This document shows positions 52,261 to 64,000 of a stretch of DNA of 64,000 nucleotides, piece by piece (the stretch's first letter is position 1; every line of letters begins with the position of its first letter). The translations under genes and the position numbers were made by a program. The stretch is from Squalus acanthias (taxonomy: Eukaryota): positions 97,528,001 through 97,592,000 of the forward strand of contig CM059432.1 in the NCBI GenBank assembly GCA_030390025.1. The letters run 5' to 3'. The notes beneath the pieces were generated by a model. The model saw only the letters and a program-made list of their open reading frames with translations, was not told the DNA's origin and searched no databases.

Positions 52261-52957
52261 AAATTGAGAGGTCGCACAACACCAGGTTATAGTCCAACAG
52301 TTTTATTTTAAATCACAAGCTTTCGGAGTTACAACTCCTTCTTCAGGTGAAGTGAGGAGATACAGAATCGTCAAAGCATATATAGATCGAGAACAATGCA
52401 TGTGTAACTTACAATTGCAGACAACTGAATTCAATCATCCTGACTGTTTATCTGCCGAGGTGTGATAAAGTTAATCAGGTCAGCCAGGAAGGTACCACAT
52501 CAAAGACATAGCAAGATACAACTGAGACAATGAGGTGGAATCGCATGGGGTCTAACGTGTCAAAAGCTGCCGTCTGTATGTAAAACGATTAACTTTAAAA
52601 TTTTTACTTTTTTACTGGGAATCACATCTGTGAACAAGCCAACGACGACTCGAGTCCGGATCACGTCATGTATCGTGACATAAACCCAAGATCCCGATTG
52701 AGACCGTCTTCATGAGTGCGAAACTTGGCTATCAGTTTCTGCTCGATGATTTTGCGTTGTCGTGTTTTCCTAAGGCCGCCTTGGAGAACGCTTACCCGCA
52801 GATCCGAGGCTGAATGTCCTTGACTGCTGAAGTGTTCCCCGACTGGGAGGTAACAATCCTGCCTGGCGATTGTTGCGCGGTGCTCGTTCATACGTTGTCT
52901 CAGTGTCTGCATGGTCTCGCCGATGTACCATGCCGCGGTGCATTCTTTCCTGCAACG
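52261..52957 (-). mobile_element. Penelope pLTR-sized fragment (GIY-YIG C-terminus and 3' UTR)
   Basis: WYIGETMQTLRQRMNEH...EDGLN; 12-bp TSD TATTTTACTACA (52249-52260, 52958-52969). Confidence 0.92.
52313..52350 (-). ncRNA. Minimal hammerhead ribozyme-like motif
   Basis: Reverse complement reads CTGAAGA-A-GGAGT-tgta-ACTCC-GAAA-GCTT; stem II covaries with the 46770 copy. Confidence 0.7.
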
Positions 52958-53471
52958 TATTTTACTACACATGAGAAAGCAGATGGGGCTTCTGGTTAAC
53001 ATCTCATCCGAAAGACAGCATCTCCGACAGTGCAGTACTCCCTCAGCACTGCACTGGAGTGTCAGCCTAGCTTTAATGTGCTCAAGTCCCATGGAGTGGG
53101 ACTTGAACCCACAACCTTCTGACTCAGAGGTGAGTGTGCTACCCACTGAGCCACAGCTGACACTGACATAAATGCATAAGGCAAGTTACTGATGGGTTGT
53201 TTACCAGGGCTGGCAATTATGTTAACTTCGCCTGTGCTGGCACCAGTCAGAATAAGTGGGCGCTTCGGTCTGCGTCTCTGGCTGACTTGTCAGGTGCAGG
53301 GCGTCATTGACTACACACACTACAATCCACGCACCCCAAGATCAACCAGCAGTATTCGCAAACCGCAAGGGGTTCCGTTCCATCAATGTTCAGCTGGTGT
53401 GCGACCACAAGAAAAGGTTTAAGCAGGTGTGCGCCTGATTCCAAGGGAGCTGCCATGATGCTTTCATCCTT

Positions 53472-54080
53472 TAAGATTGAATCTTGTTTCTATGTTTGAA
53501 CAACAGACAGTTTGGAAACACAAAGACAGAGAATGATAAACACCCAGGTCAAGAAAAGGCTCATAACCCTGATAAGAGACTAGTTGCCAAGACAGCATAT
53601 GCAAACAGTAAAAGATAAAAATTGGCCTACGCACTTCTAGTACAATAAACAAAGCTTGTCGAATAGAGTTGGAGGCCAAAAAGATTAGAAGCGAGGTAAA
53701 CACCTAAATACATCGCCTCACCAAATATGCTGCTATGCATTGTGTTGTGTGCAGATGTAGCCAAAGGTAGCCAAATAGTATAAGAATAGGACATGTTTGT
53801 CTTAAAGGTCAGAAACATCTCAGAAGCCCACAGCTATGCAGGAAGCCTAGAGAGTTGAAAGTGATCATTCTGGGCCTGGGAACCAGGTTGTATTATTTGC
53901 ATGTTATCTTGTCATTTAATATAATACTGTAGAACAGTTACATAAAACCTAATACTGTTATTAGTCAATGCAAATAAAGCTTGTTAAATAAAAACTACTC
54001 AGTCTACAATTAAAGCAGAGTTACTTTGCCGGACTGACAACCTTTCGTTGCGACGGTAACCACAGGGAAAATCCGTTAAC
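53472..54080 (+). mobile_element. LTR-like insertion in the Harbinger 4 transposase
   Basis: Interrupts the transposase after HDAFIL; two AATAAA at ~53973-53992; ends ...TAACA; no 5' TG or TSD found. Confidence 0.45.
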
Positions 54081-56009
54081 ACAGTCCAAGCTCCCTCACC
54101 TCTTTGGACTTGCAAGCAGATTTAAGGAGTCGCTGTTAAGAGGCAAAGGATGCCACCTTCAAACTTGAATGATGACACCCGTGAGAAATCCAACCAATGA
54201 AGCCCAAGAGCGGTACAATGAAAGCCATATGACAACCAGACATGTCATTGAGCAAGTTATCTGCATGCTCAAGATGTGCTTCATGTGCCTGGACAGATCT
54301 GGAGGCACCCTTCAGTACTCGCTAGCAAGGGTCTTTTGAATGATCGTGGTGTGAAGTACTCTGCACAACATTGCACAGCAGTGAGGATTGGAGCTGTAGG
54401 AGGAATAAGGCGCTGAGTGCAGATCGTCTGTAGACAAATCCGAGGAGAAGGAGGAGGAAGGGGAGGGGGAGGAGGAACAAGAATGACCCCAACGCAGCAC
54501 CAGCTGCTCACATTGCTGCCCGAACTGCCAGTGATTCCCTTATAGCTGTAAGGTTCAGTTAGTTACAACCACTGGACCAATGTGACAATCACATCCAATG
54601 GGCACTCTCATCACCCTTCTGCCAATCCCACTGACACAAAGCAGTCCTGTAACCAACCAACCATCCATTATACATTCTCACATTGGTCCCCATCAATTCA
54701 TGCCTTCCCATTCATCAACAAGCAATGAAAAAGCGAGTTGCCATCCAGCAACCAAGAATGGGCAACACAGTGGTGCAAAGTAATATATTTTATGTGATTC
54801 TACTAAAGAACGGAAACTTAACAGCATAACATTTTATCATACCACCATGTGTATACCCTTGAGCAACTACAAAGCTTTATTTTTCCTTGTCCTTCTGCTC
54901 CTACATGCTGCAAACCCTATAGCCTCAGCAGAGGTAGAGGCAGGCTGCTCAGATCCCTGCTCTGACTGCTGAGATGCACTAGGCTGACGACCTCTGGGTG
55001 TTGGATCCTATGAGGGCCTCGCCAAAGAGACTGCTCCACTTGCACATGTGCAGGGGCAGACTCAGCCATTGGGAGAGGAGGAACCATGTATTGGATGGGG
55101 GGGGAGGCAAGGGTGGTGCAATGGGTGAGAAGTGGAGGCGCTTTGGAGTTCCCTCATCCTGTCCCCTTTCGCCATCATCCCTCTTCACTCCAACCACTCT
55201 GCTGAAGAGGAGTTTGGTTCAGATCAGTGCGGTGCTGTAAGGCTAAGGCTAAGGTGTCTGCCATCCTATTTAAGACACCAGACATGTTGGCATCCAGAGT
55301 CGGCATGGCCGTGGTCAAGGCGTGCATGGACTCATTTGATTGTTGTGATTGACGTTCCACAGAGTTGCCCATGCTAGCCATGGAAGAAGACATCCGCACA
55401 ATGCCCTGTGACATCAACCCACTCATGCTTGAAGTGGACTCGTCCTTTCTCTCTGTAATCATCAATGGCGTGTGTGGAAGGCCTGGTAGTACCTCGCAGA
55501 TTTTCGGCTGGCCCTCAATGATTATCCTTTTCATCGATGGCCCCCAGGGTACAGCATCTGTGTCCAGCTGTGCAGAGCTAAGAGAGGGCTGTGCCCTCCA
55601 ATGCAGACTCTTCACAGCTGTCCTTGCCACCGCCATCTCTTGCTCATTTGTGAAGTGTGAGGCACCGGGTGAAAAGCCAACTATCTGTCTAACTGGACCC
55701 ACCAAAGGGCGAGTATCTGAGTTGGTGCGTGGTAAGCATGAGTCCTGTGATGGTGTACCTGAGAAGGAATCAGCTCCTCTGAGGATTTGTCATCCGGGAG
55801 GTCTACTGACTGCTGCTGTACACACGTGAAGGCCCTGGTGGAAAGAAAATATATGAATTAGTACTGGCAAGGTAAGAATTTTGCAACTGATCATTATGAA
55901 GATGATCATATTTCACTCTCTACTGAAATCAGGTCAACATGACTGATGGTTGTATGACATGTGGGTTTCTAATATTTAATTCTGTCACCAGGTAGCTAGG
56001 AGGTCCCCA

Positions 56010-56775
56010 GGTAGTTGTATTTTAACAGAGGTGGGATGAGAGGTGGGCAACCAACCCACTTACAGGAGTCGGGTTGGTCATTTAAATATTTTAAGGAGGC
56101 TGCATGCCTTCATTTTAACAGTCATTCTGTTTTTAACTGAGGCCTGGGAAACCCGGCAGGTGAAATGAGGCAAGAAGGGCTGAATCCATGAGGTTTGGGC
56201 CTTTATAGCACTGCTTGTGGGCCAGGAGGAGCAGGAGTGTGTCCTCCAGGCACAACAAGCTTCGCAGTAAAACCCCACCGTGATCTGTTTTCTTCCCCTC
56301 CACCACGTTTGCACGCCCCCGACCACGATCCGCTCCCCACCCCCACTATTGGACTCCGCCGACCACCATCTGCCCCCTCCTATTCGGACCACCCTTCACC
56401 CCACAATCAGACCACACCCCCGCGATTGGATCCGCCCAACAATTGGAACACCCGCGATCGGACCTCACCCCCCCCGCAATCGGATAACTCACCCTGCTGA
56501 CTACCAGACCCCCCCAACGATCTCTCTTACCCCACTACTAGTCCTACCTGCTCTCAGTCCAGCTCGGCTGTGGCCTTGTGCTGTAAGAATTCCCACATGA
56601 CAAGTCTGCAGCCTGTCAATCAGGCTGGCTGCAGACGGGAATCCTGCAGAAAAAAATGTAAAGATGTCCTGCTGGTAAAAACTGCAGGACGTTCAGGAAA
56701 CCTGTACGTCTGAGTTTCCCAACCTCAAAACAGCACTCCGCTCCCTCCCTGCCTCCGAGCTAATATCCAGCTCAT
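56010..56775. mobile_element. MITE of the 31103/38994 family, left end truncated
   Basis: Shared gcactgcttgtgggccaggaggagcaggagtg block, C-rich repeats, end taatatccagctc. Confidence 0.7.
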
Positions 56776-57144
56776 TCTCTCTAGATATAACATATAACTG
56801 AGAGGAGACCCTGGAGTATAATTGCTGTAGTATGTTTAATCCCATCGGGGGACCTCTAGTGTTCAATTAAAAATATGTAAGTGCCATACATATCACTTTC
56901 CTCCCTCAGAATTACAAGGTGACAACTGTCATCTCTAAGAATGAATCTAGTTAACAGCTAAAAAAAATTAAGTAACGAAATTCAGCAATTACGTCATACA
57001 ATAGTGATTAAAAAAACATAGCACCGGGTAGTATACAGGAAAAATGGGTTATGTCAGCACCAGAACCAAAATGAAAACTAATACACTCATAATGATCTAC
57101 AAGCCCAAACGATTTGGAGATTTCTTTGACCTTTGAGGACATCT

Positions 57145-57495
57145 TCAATTAGGTTCGACAATAGGTGAGCTGGGATTAATAACAGGAGCAGTAGATGGTA
57201 ATTTCTCAAGTTCGGTTTCAACACTATCAGACTTCACAACTTTCTTTGTAGCTCGTCCTGGAGAGTTCACACCAGAATCAGGAGCACGAACAACGTCCCG
57301 GGAGGTGGTGGCTTTGTTACGCATGAGAATAAGCGAAACATCTGAAGCTCTCTGAGAAGATGTAACAGTTACTTCCTTCGGTGGAATAGGCATTGGTGGT
57401 AGGTCCCTCCCAACTTTATCATTATGTACATCAAAGGCAGTTGATCGATGCAGTTCTTGAAATTGATCCTTATGACTGAAAACCCTCCACCAATA
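57145..57495 (-). CDS. Putative last coding exon of an unidentified host gene
   Basis: Acceptor ttcatttttag|TAT; 351 nt open to TGA: YWWRVFSHKDQFQELHRS...SSPIVEPN; phase 0 matches the upstream exon; non-repetitive. Confidence 0.7.
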   Translation of the reverse strand, partial: YWWRVFSHKDQFQELHRSTAFDVHNDKVGRDLPPMPIPPKEVTVTSSQRASDVSLILMRNKATTSRDVVRAPDSGVNSPGRATKKVVKSDSVETELEKLPSTAPVINPSSPIVEPN

Positions 57496-57674
57496 CTAAA
57501 AATGAAACCCCTCCAATTTTCTGTTTAATAACACCACCTCGCCAAAACCAAGACATGATGGCCTGGAATTTCCTGCAACGGCGATACATTGTGACAAACG
57601 CCATGAATTAAACTGTTGTGCACCCTGATACTCCAATAATGAATTTATGCCTAAAGTTCCTGGAAAACTGATTT

Positions 57675-58765
57675 GAATACTAACAGGAAACAGAGAGTCG
57701 GGATAAATGGGTCACTTTCAGGTTGGCAAACTGTAACTAGTGGGGTGCCACAGGGATCAGTGCTGGGGCCTCAGCTGTTTACAATCGATATTAATGACTT
57801 GGATGAAGGGACCGAGTGTAATGTAGCCAAATTTGCTGATGATACAAATATAGGTGGGAAAGCAAGTTGTGAAGAGGACACAAATAATCTGCAAAGGGAT
57901 ATAGATAGGTTAAGTGAGTGGGCAAAAATTTGGCAGATGGAGTATAATGTGAGAAAATGTGAGGTTATCCACTTTGGTAGGAAAAATAAAAAAGCAAATT
58001 ATTATTTAAATGTAGGGAGACTACAAAATGCTGCTGTACAGAGGGATCTGGGGGTCCTTGTACATAAAACACAAAAAGTTAACATGCAGGTACAGCAAGT
58101 AATTAGGAAGGCAAATGGAATGTTGGCCTTTATTGCAAGGGGGATGCAGTATAAAAGTAGGGAAGTCTTACTACAACTGTACAGGGCGTTGGTGAGACCA
58201 CACCTGGAGTACTGCGTACAGTTTTGGTCTCCTTATTTAAGGAGGGATATACTTGCATTGGAGGCAGTTCAGAGAAGGTTCACTAGGTTAATTCCTGAGA
58301 TGAAGGCGTTGTCTTCTGAAGAAAGGTTGAGCAGGTTGGGCCTATACTCATTGGAGCTTAGAAGAATGAGAGGTGATCTTATTGAAACATATAAGATTCT
58401 GAGGGGGCTTGACAGGGTAGATGCAAAGAGGATGTTTCCCCTCGTGGGGGAATCTAGAACTAGGGGGCATAGTTTCAGAATAAGGGGTTGCCTATTTAAA
58501 ACGGAGATGAGGAGGAATTTCTACTCTCAGAGGGTCGTGAATCTTTGGAATTCTCTATCCCAGAGAGCTGTGGAGGCTGGGTCAGTGAATATATTTAAGG
58601 TGGAGATAGACAGATTTTTGAATGATAAGGGAGTGAAGGGTTATGGGGAGTGGGCAGGAAAGTGGAGTTGAGGCCAAGACCAGATCGGCCATGATCTTAT
58701 CGAATGGCGGAGCAGGCTCAAGGGTCAAATGGCCTACTCCTGCTCCTATTTCTTATGTTCTTATG
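57675..58765 (+). mobile_element. CR1 3' fragment with uninterrupted 332-aa frame, antisense in the host intron
   Basis: [15 protein letters not shown] through to the native stop; ttcttatg tail. Confidence 0.95.
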
Positions 58766-59232
58766 AATACGCCACAGTGAGGATAGTGACAAATCAGAAG
58801 CTGGTCAGTCAATGGATATCTCTGCACCAAAGAAAATTTTGTCTGCATACATGGCTAGTTATTCAAGTTGTCAATAATTCTGGTTGACATTTCTTAGTTT
58901 TAAGTGAGACACTCAATATTGCAAGGCCTTATATATTCTAAATAATTTTACCTATCTACTTCACATTGTCCACGTTTTGGATGCTGTAATTTGAACTTCA
59001 AATTGCTTCACAGCAATCATACCATTAACCAAATGAATCCAATTCGATTTTATTGATGTTGTTATTTTCCTAACCGCTTCTGAATTATCCCAAGCTTTTA
59101 ACATCTGCTGTCTAGAATTAGCTTTTCATGTAAAACAATGCAATGTTCAGTAATTGCTGTTTGCGCAAAACTTATCTGTATGAGTTGAATCATTTTTGGA
59201 TGTATCTTGTTATGATCCTTATTGAACTCAGT

Positions 59233-59751
59233 GGGGTCAAAGTTACTGGAATGAAGAGGCCCGAGGACCAAATTAAATTCATATTCCGGCCTCATTATAA
59301 TTCAATCGAGCTGCAGGCACTAATCAGGCTCACCTGTTGGGGCCTTATCAATTTTGTCCTATGCCAGGGCCCACAGGTAAGTCCGCGAAGGGTGCGGTGG
59401 AGAGGCAACAGCCCGCAGTTGTTTTATAGATCCAGGAGGTGCACTCCTGCTCCTTCTGACTTAACAAAAAAACATTTCTCAAGTTTTTAAGGATAGCTGG
59501 TTAGACTGCTCATGACCCGAAAACTACAAGTGTAAACAAATTTACCAATCTGGTCAGAAACAAGCGCAGGAGCCTCATTCAGTATTGAAATGAGGTCTGC
59601 ATGTGGCCGCCTAAAAAATGGGCCTGACCAATTTAACAGTGGCCCAAATGCCCGTTCAGAACAGCTGTGGGCCTCTGCTCTGCTAAATTGCTCAGCGTTG
59701 CAATAGTTTTAGGCACATAAAAAGGGCACAGCAACGTTAAATTTAAACCCC
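59233..59751. mobile_element. Harbinger-type MITE
   Basis: Ends ggggtcaaagtt / aatttaaacccc; TSD AGT on both sides. Confidence 0.75.
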
Positions 59752-60697
59752 AGTGTTTTTAAGCATATAAATTCCAGGGATTCGGTTTTTGAAAACCGAA
59801 ATACAGTGTACTTTTCTTTGGCAAGTATTACAGAATTGGCCTTTAGAATAAATTAACAAATGCAGTAAACACTGACCATGTTTATTTTGAGTCATCTCTG
59901 CATTTAGTGTTTGAGATTATGACCCAGAAATGCATGTTGTCAGCTTTAGTTTATTATAGATACAAAAAATAACTTTCTCTGCATCATTTTTCACAATGTT
60001 AGCTGCATACATTTTTTAATACCTTTGGGCAATATTTCCACCAAATGCACTGGATGAATGTTATTGAATTGTTATTTATGACTGCTCAGTAAGTATAGCT
60101 TTGAGTCCCAGCCTCTTCCAGTTTCTGAAGTAAGCACACAGCAGCTGTTCTTGGAGGTCTGATTTGGCCTTGACTGTAAAATTTGGAGAAAGTTAATTTT
60201 TTCTAATCCACAAAATGTCCTTATGTCCCTGTAGCATGTGTGAGATATTAGTGTCGTGCCCAAAGATTTCATTAACTCCTCTAAATGTCAATCATGTGAA
60301 TATGATAATAACAAGAGTCCATTATACTTGAGCAGACATATTCCAGGCAACAATTTTGGTGACAATGCATGACCAATGCATGCAAAAACATTGAATATCA
60401 TATTAGTACACTGTCAGATAAATACCTGTCAATCAGTTATTAAAATGGAAGATAAGAAATGTTGGTACTTTGTTTGACATCTAGGAGAAACAGGCAGATA
60501 ATCTTCAAACATCAAAGATGCCAAAATATCAACATAAAACTTGACATCTAGTGATGAAGTCTGGAAAAGTGATCAGAGCATGACTTTGAATACCAATCTC
60601 TTTTTGTCTTCCATCAAAAACTACACTTGTTACAGCCTTCATCACTGTTACTCACTTAACATTTAGGCAAAAGCCACAATCTTAAACAATGTCTTAC

Positions 60698-60947
60698 TAA
60701 AGAGCCATTCTCAGGGATGCTACAATATGCTGCACCAAGCAATGTTGAGCCTGTGTCTATGAACTGCTGATTATGGCTCTGTGGACAGTTGCCAACTCGA
60801 GGACAGGCACCTGCATAGAGGAAGAGAATTAAAAAATATAGGACCAATAGTTCTATGATGTAGTTCTTTTCATAGTATACTTTTCCACGTCTTGTATGGA
60901 AGTTGGGATAATCCAGCCTTCTAATAGCATAGTCTTCTCTTCTTTTG
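60698..60947 (-). CDS. Putative internal coding exon of the same host gene (alternative acceptor at 60810)
   Basis: Acceptor ttcttattcttcag, donor TTA|gtaaga; open frame KRREDYAIRRLDYPNF...IIELLVLYFLILFLYAGACPRVGNC...ENGSL. Confidence 0.62.
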
Positions 60948-61167
60948 CTGAAGAATAAGAAAAACTGAATCGCAGCTCAGTCAACATCCAAACCTGGGCA
61001 GTTAGGAATGAAGGTCCACATATATGAGATAAGTGATAATTATTACCAAACAACCTCTCTGGCACTAAAAATGTAATTTTACAAGTTTGAAGTCTCATTC
61101 CTTCAGAATTTAATTAGAAGTGGAGATTTAAAAAATGTTTAAAAAACTTTTTCTGTCTGTCTCTCAA

Positions 61168-63640
61168 TTTTTTTTATTCATTCACAGGTTTGGGCATCGC
61201 TGGCAAGGCGCTGGCAATCCCTATTGGCCCTTGAGAAAGTGGTGGTGAGCTGGCTTCTTGAACCGCTACATTCCGTGTGGTGAGGGTACTCCCATAGTGC
61301 TGTTAGGGGGGGAGTTCCAGGATTTTGACGCAGCAAAAATGAAGGAACAGTGATGTATTTCCAAGTCAGGATGTTGTGCGACTTGGAGGGGAACTTGCAG
61401 GTGGTGGTGTCCCATGCGTCTGCTGCCCTTGTCCTTCTAGGCGGTAGAGGTCACGGGTTTGGGAGGTGCTGTCGAAGAAGCCTGGGCGAGTTGCTGCAGT
61501 GCATCCTGTAGATGGTACACACTGCAGCCATGGTGCACTGGTGGTGAAGGGAGTGAATGTTTAAGGTGGTCGATGGGGTGCCAATCAAGCGGGCTGCTTT
61601 GTCCTGGATGGTGTCGAGCTTCTTGATGGTTGTTGGAGCTGCACTCATCCAGGCAAATGGAGAATATTCCATCACACTCCTGACTTGTGCCTTGTAGATG
61701 GTGGCAAGACTTTGGGGAGTCAGGAAGTGAGCCACTCACCGCAGAATACCCACCTTCTGACCCGCTCTTGTTGCCACAGTATTTATGTGGCTGGTCCAGT
61801 TAAGTGTCTGGTCAATGGTAACCCCCAGGATGTTGATGGTGGGGGATTCGGTGAAGGTAATGCCATTGAATGTCAAGGGAAGGTGGTTAGACTCTCGCTT
61901 GTTGGAGATAGTCACTTGTGTGGCGCGAATGTTACTTGCCACTTATCAGCCCAAGCCTGAATGTCGTCCAGGTCTTGCTGCATGTGGGCATGGACTGCTT
62001 CATTTTCTGAGGAGTTGCAAAAGGAACTGAACACTGTACAATCATCAGCGAACATCCCCACTTCGGACCTTATGATGGAGGGAAGGTCATTGATGAAGCA
62101 GTTGAAATGGTTGGGCCTAGGACACTGCCCTGAGGAACTCCTGCAGCGATGTCCTGGGAATTAGATGATTGACCTCCAACAACCACAACCATCTTCCTTT
62201 GTGCTAGGTATGGCTCCAGCCAGTGGAGAGTTTTCCCCCTGATTCCGATTGACTTCAGTTTAACTAGGGCTCCTTGATGCCACACTCGGTCAAATGCTGC
62301 CTTGATGTCAAGGGCAGTCACTCTCATCTCACCTCTGGAATTCAGCTCCTTTGTCCATGTTTGAACCAAGGCTGTAATGAGGTCTGGAGCTGAGTGGTCC
62401 TGGTGGAACCAAAACTGAGCATCAGTGAGCAGGTTATTGGTGAGTAAGTGCCGCTTGATAGCACTGTCGATGACACCTTCCATCACTTTGCTGATGATTG
62501 AAAGTAGACTGATGGGGCGGTAATTGGTTGGATTGGATTTGTCCTGCTTTTTGTGGACAGGACATACCTGGACAGTTTTCCGGATTGTCGGTTAGATGCC
62601 AGTGTTGTAAATGTACTGGAACAGCTTGGCTAGAGGTGCGGCTAGTTCTGGAGCAAAGGTCTTCAGCACGACAGCCGGGATGTTGTCGGGGCCCATAGCC
62701 TTTGCAGTATCCAGTGCGCTGAGCCGTTTCTTGATATCACGTGGAGTGAATCGAATTGGCTGGAGACTGGCTTCTGTGATGGTGGATCATCCACTCGGCA
62801 CTTCTGGCTGAAGATGGTTGCAAACACTTCAACTTTGTCTTTTGCACTCATGTGCTGGGCTCCACCATCATTGAGGATGGGGATATTGATGGAGCCTCCT
62901 CCTCCCATTAGTTGTTTAATTGTCCACCACCATTCACGAATGGATGTGGCAGGACTGCAGAGCTTTAATCTGATCCGTTGGTTGTGGGATTGCTCAGCTC
63001 TGTCTATAGCTTCCGCTGTTTAGCATGCATGTAGTCCTGTGTTGCAACTTCCCCAGGTTGGCACCTTATTTTTAGGTACACTTGGTGCTGCTCCTGGCAT
63101 ACTTTTTTGCACTCCTCATTGAACCAGGGTTGGTCCCCTGGCTTGATGGTAATGGTAGAGTGAGGAATATGCCGGGCCATGAGGTTACAGATTGTGGTGG
63201 AATACAATTCTGCTGCTGCTGATGGCCCACAGTGCCTCATGGATGCCCAGTTTTGAGCTGCCAGATCTGTTCTGAATCTATCCCAGTTAGCACGGTGGTA
63301 GTGCCACACAACACGATGGAGGGTGTCCTCAGTGTGAAGACGGGACTTCGTCTCCACAATGTTTTTGCAGTGGTCACTCCTATCAGTACTGTCATGAACA
63401 GATGCATCTGAGACAGGTAGATTGGTGAAAACGAGGTCAAGTAGATTTTTACCTCGTGTTGGTTCTCTCACCACCTGTTGCAGGCCCAGTCTGGCAGTTA
63501 TATGCTTCAGGACTCGGCCAGCTCAGTCAGTATTGGTGCTACCGAGCCACTCTTGATGATGGACATTGAAATCCCCCACCCAGAGTACATTCTGTGCCCT
63601 TGCTACTCTCAGTGCTTCTTCCAAGTGGTGTTCAATATGG
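61168..63640 (-). mobile_element. APE-RT LINE, same family as 20698-25882, 5'-truncated
   Basis: AFDRVWHQGALVKL and [10 protein letters not shown] motifs; same 3' tail; fragmented ORFs. Confidence 0.92.
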
Positions 63641-63757
63641 ATACAATGATAATTGAGTTGTTGATAAGTCATAGCAATCAATCTCTACCAATTAGTCTGC
63701 AACAGACCCAGAAATAATACAAGTAATACCCTAGTGGTGGAAAGCTTTGGGAACTAT

Positions 63758-64000
63758 GGCCTGGAGTTTCTGCATGATTTCTGCCCAGATAGCAGCTTAA
63801 TCTGGGCAGAACCAAATCAAATAGCGCAAAAGATTGTGGAATTTTAGGCGTACGTGAGTTATGCCCATACCTACATTACGCCCAATTATCTGTAATCTTT
63901 TAAGGCCATTTAATTTACTCTTCACCCAAACCAGTCCCCACCCACAAAACTGGCCAGGCCCCAGGTCAGAATGGAGAGTATCCGCCCATTGCACTCATTC
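63758..64000. mobile_element. Probable MITE left end (runs off the window)
   Basis: tat|ggcctggagtttc resembles the local TIR family. Confidence 0.45.

Larger units (their letters stand above)
51998..53165 (-). mobile_element. Deu-domain tRNA SINE in the Harbinger 4 transposase, itself interrupted by Penelope
   Basis: Head at 53090-53165 (A-box tggctcagtgg, B-box ggttcaagtcc on minus); tail at ~52000. Confidence 0.88.
51153..56010 (+). mobile_element. PIF/Harbinger element 4 (right end missing; transposase 51596-54562 interrupted; Myb exon remnants ~54850-56010 on minus)
   Basis: Left TIR agggggaatttt; [26 protein letters not shown] and IEQ motifs; same exon-2 donor context (ctgtcaccagg) as element 3. 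Confidence 0.8.

Overview
This is eukaryotic, repeat-dominated vertebrate DNA, most likely from a cartilaginous fish. That call rests on Deu-domain tRNA SINEs resembling SacSINE1, abundant CR1 LINEs and Penelope elements. The only host coding sequence I can support is the 3' end of a spliced minus-strand gene (exons ~60947-60698 and 57495-57145), which I cannot name. Most of the rest is nested mobile DNA: (1) four large PIF/Harbinger elements with a HARBI1-type transposase and a convergent spliced Myb/SANT gene, plus one internally deleted copy and one duplicated left arm; (2) about a dozen Harbinger-type MITEs with 3-bp TSDs; (3) many CR1 fragments; (4) two copies of a second APE-RT LINE family, one carrying a tRNA/SINE-like 5' leader; (5) a young Penelope element with inverted pseudo-LTRs, a 12-bp TSD and hammerhead-like motifs, plus a second Penelope fragment; (6) two related solo LTRs. 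Top leads are a possible tRNA-headed LINE with its own bipartite SINE, an extended Harbinger target consensus with two different MITEs at the same CR1 nucleotide, many perfect splice donors inside MITEs, a pLTR boundary shared by two Penelope families, and a template-switch junction. All coordinates and alignments were read by eye, so boundaries may be off by a few bases.
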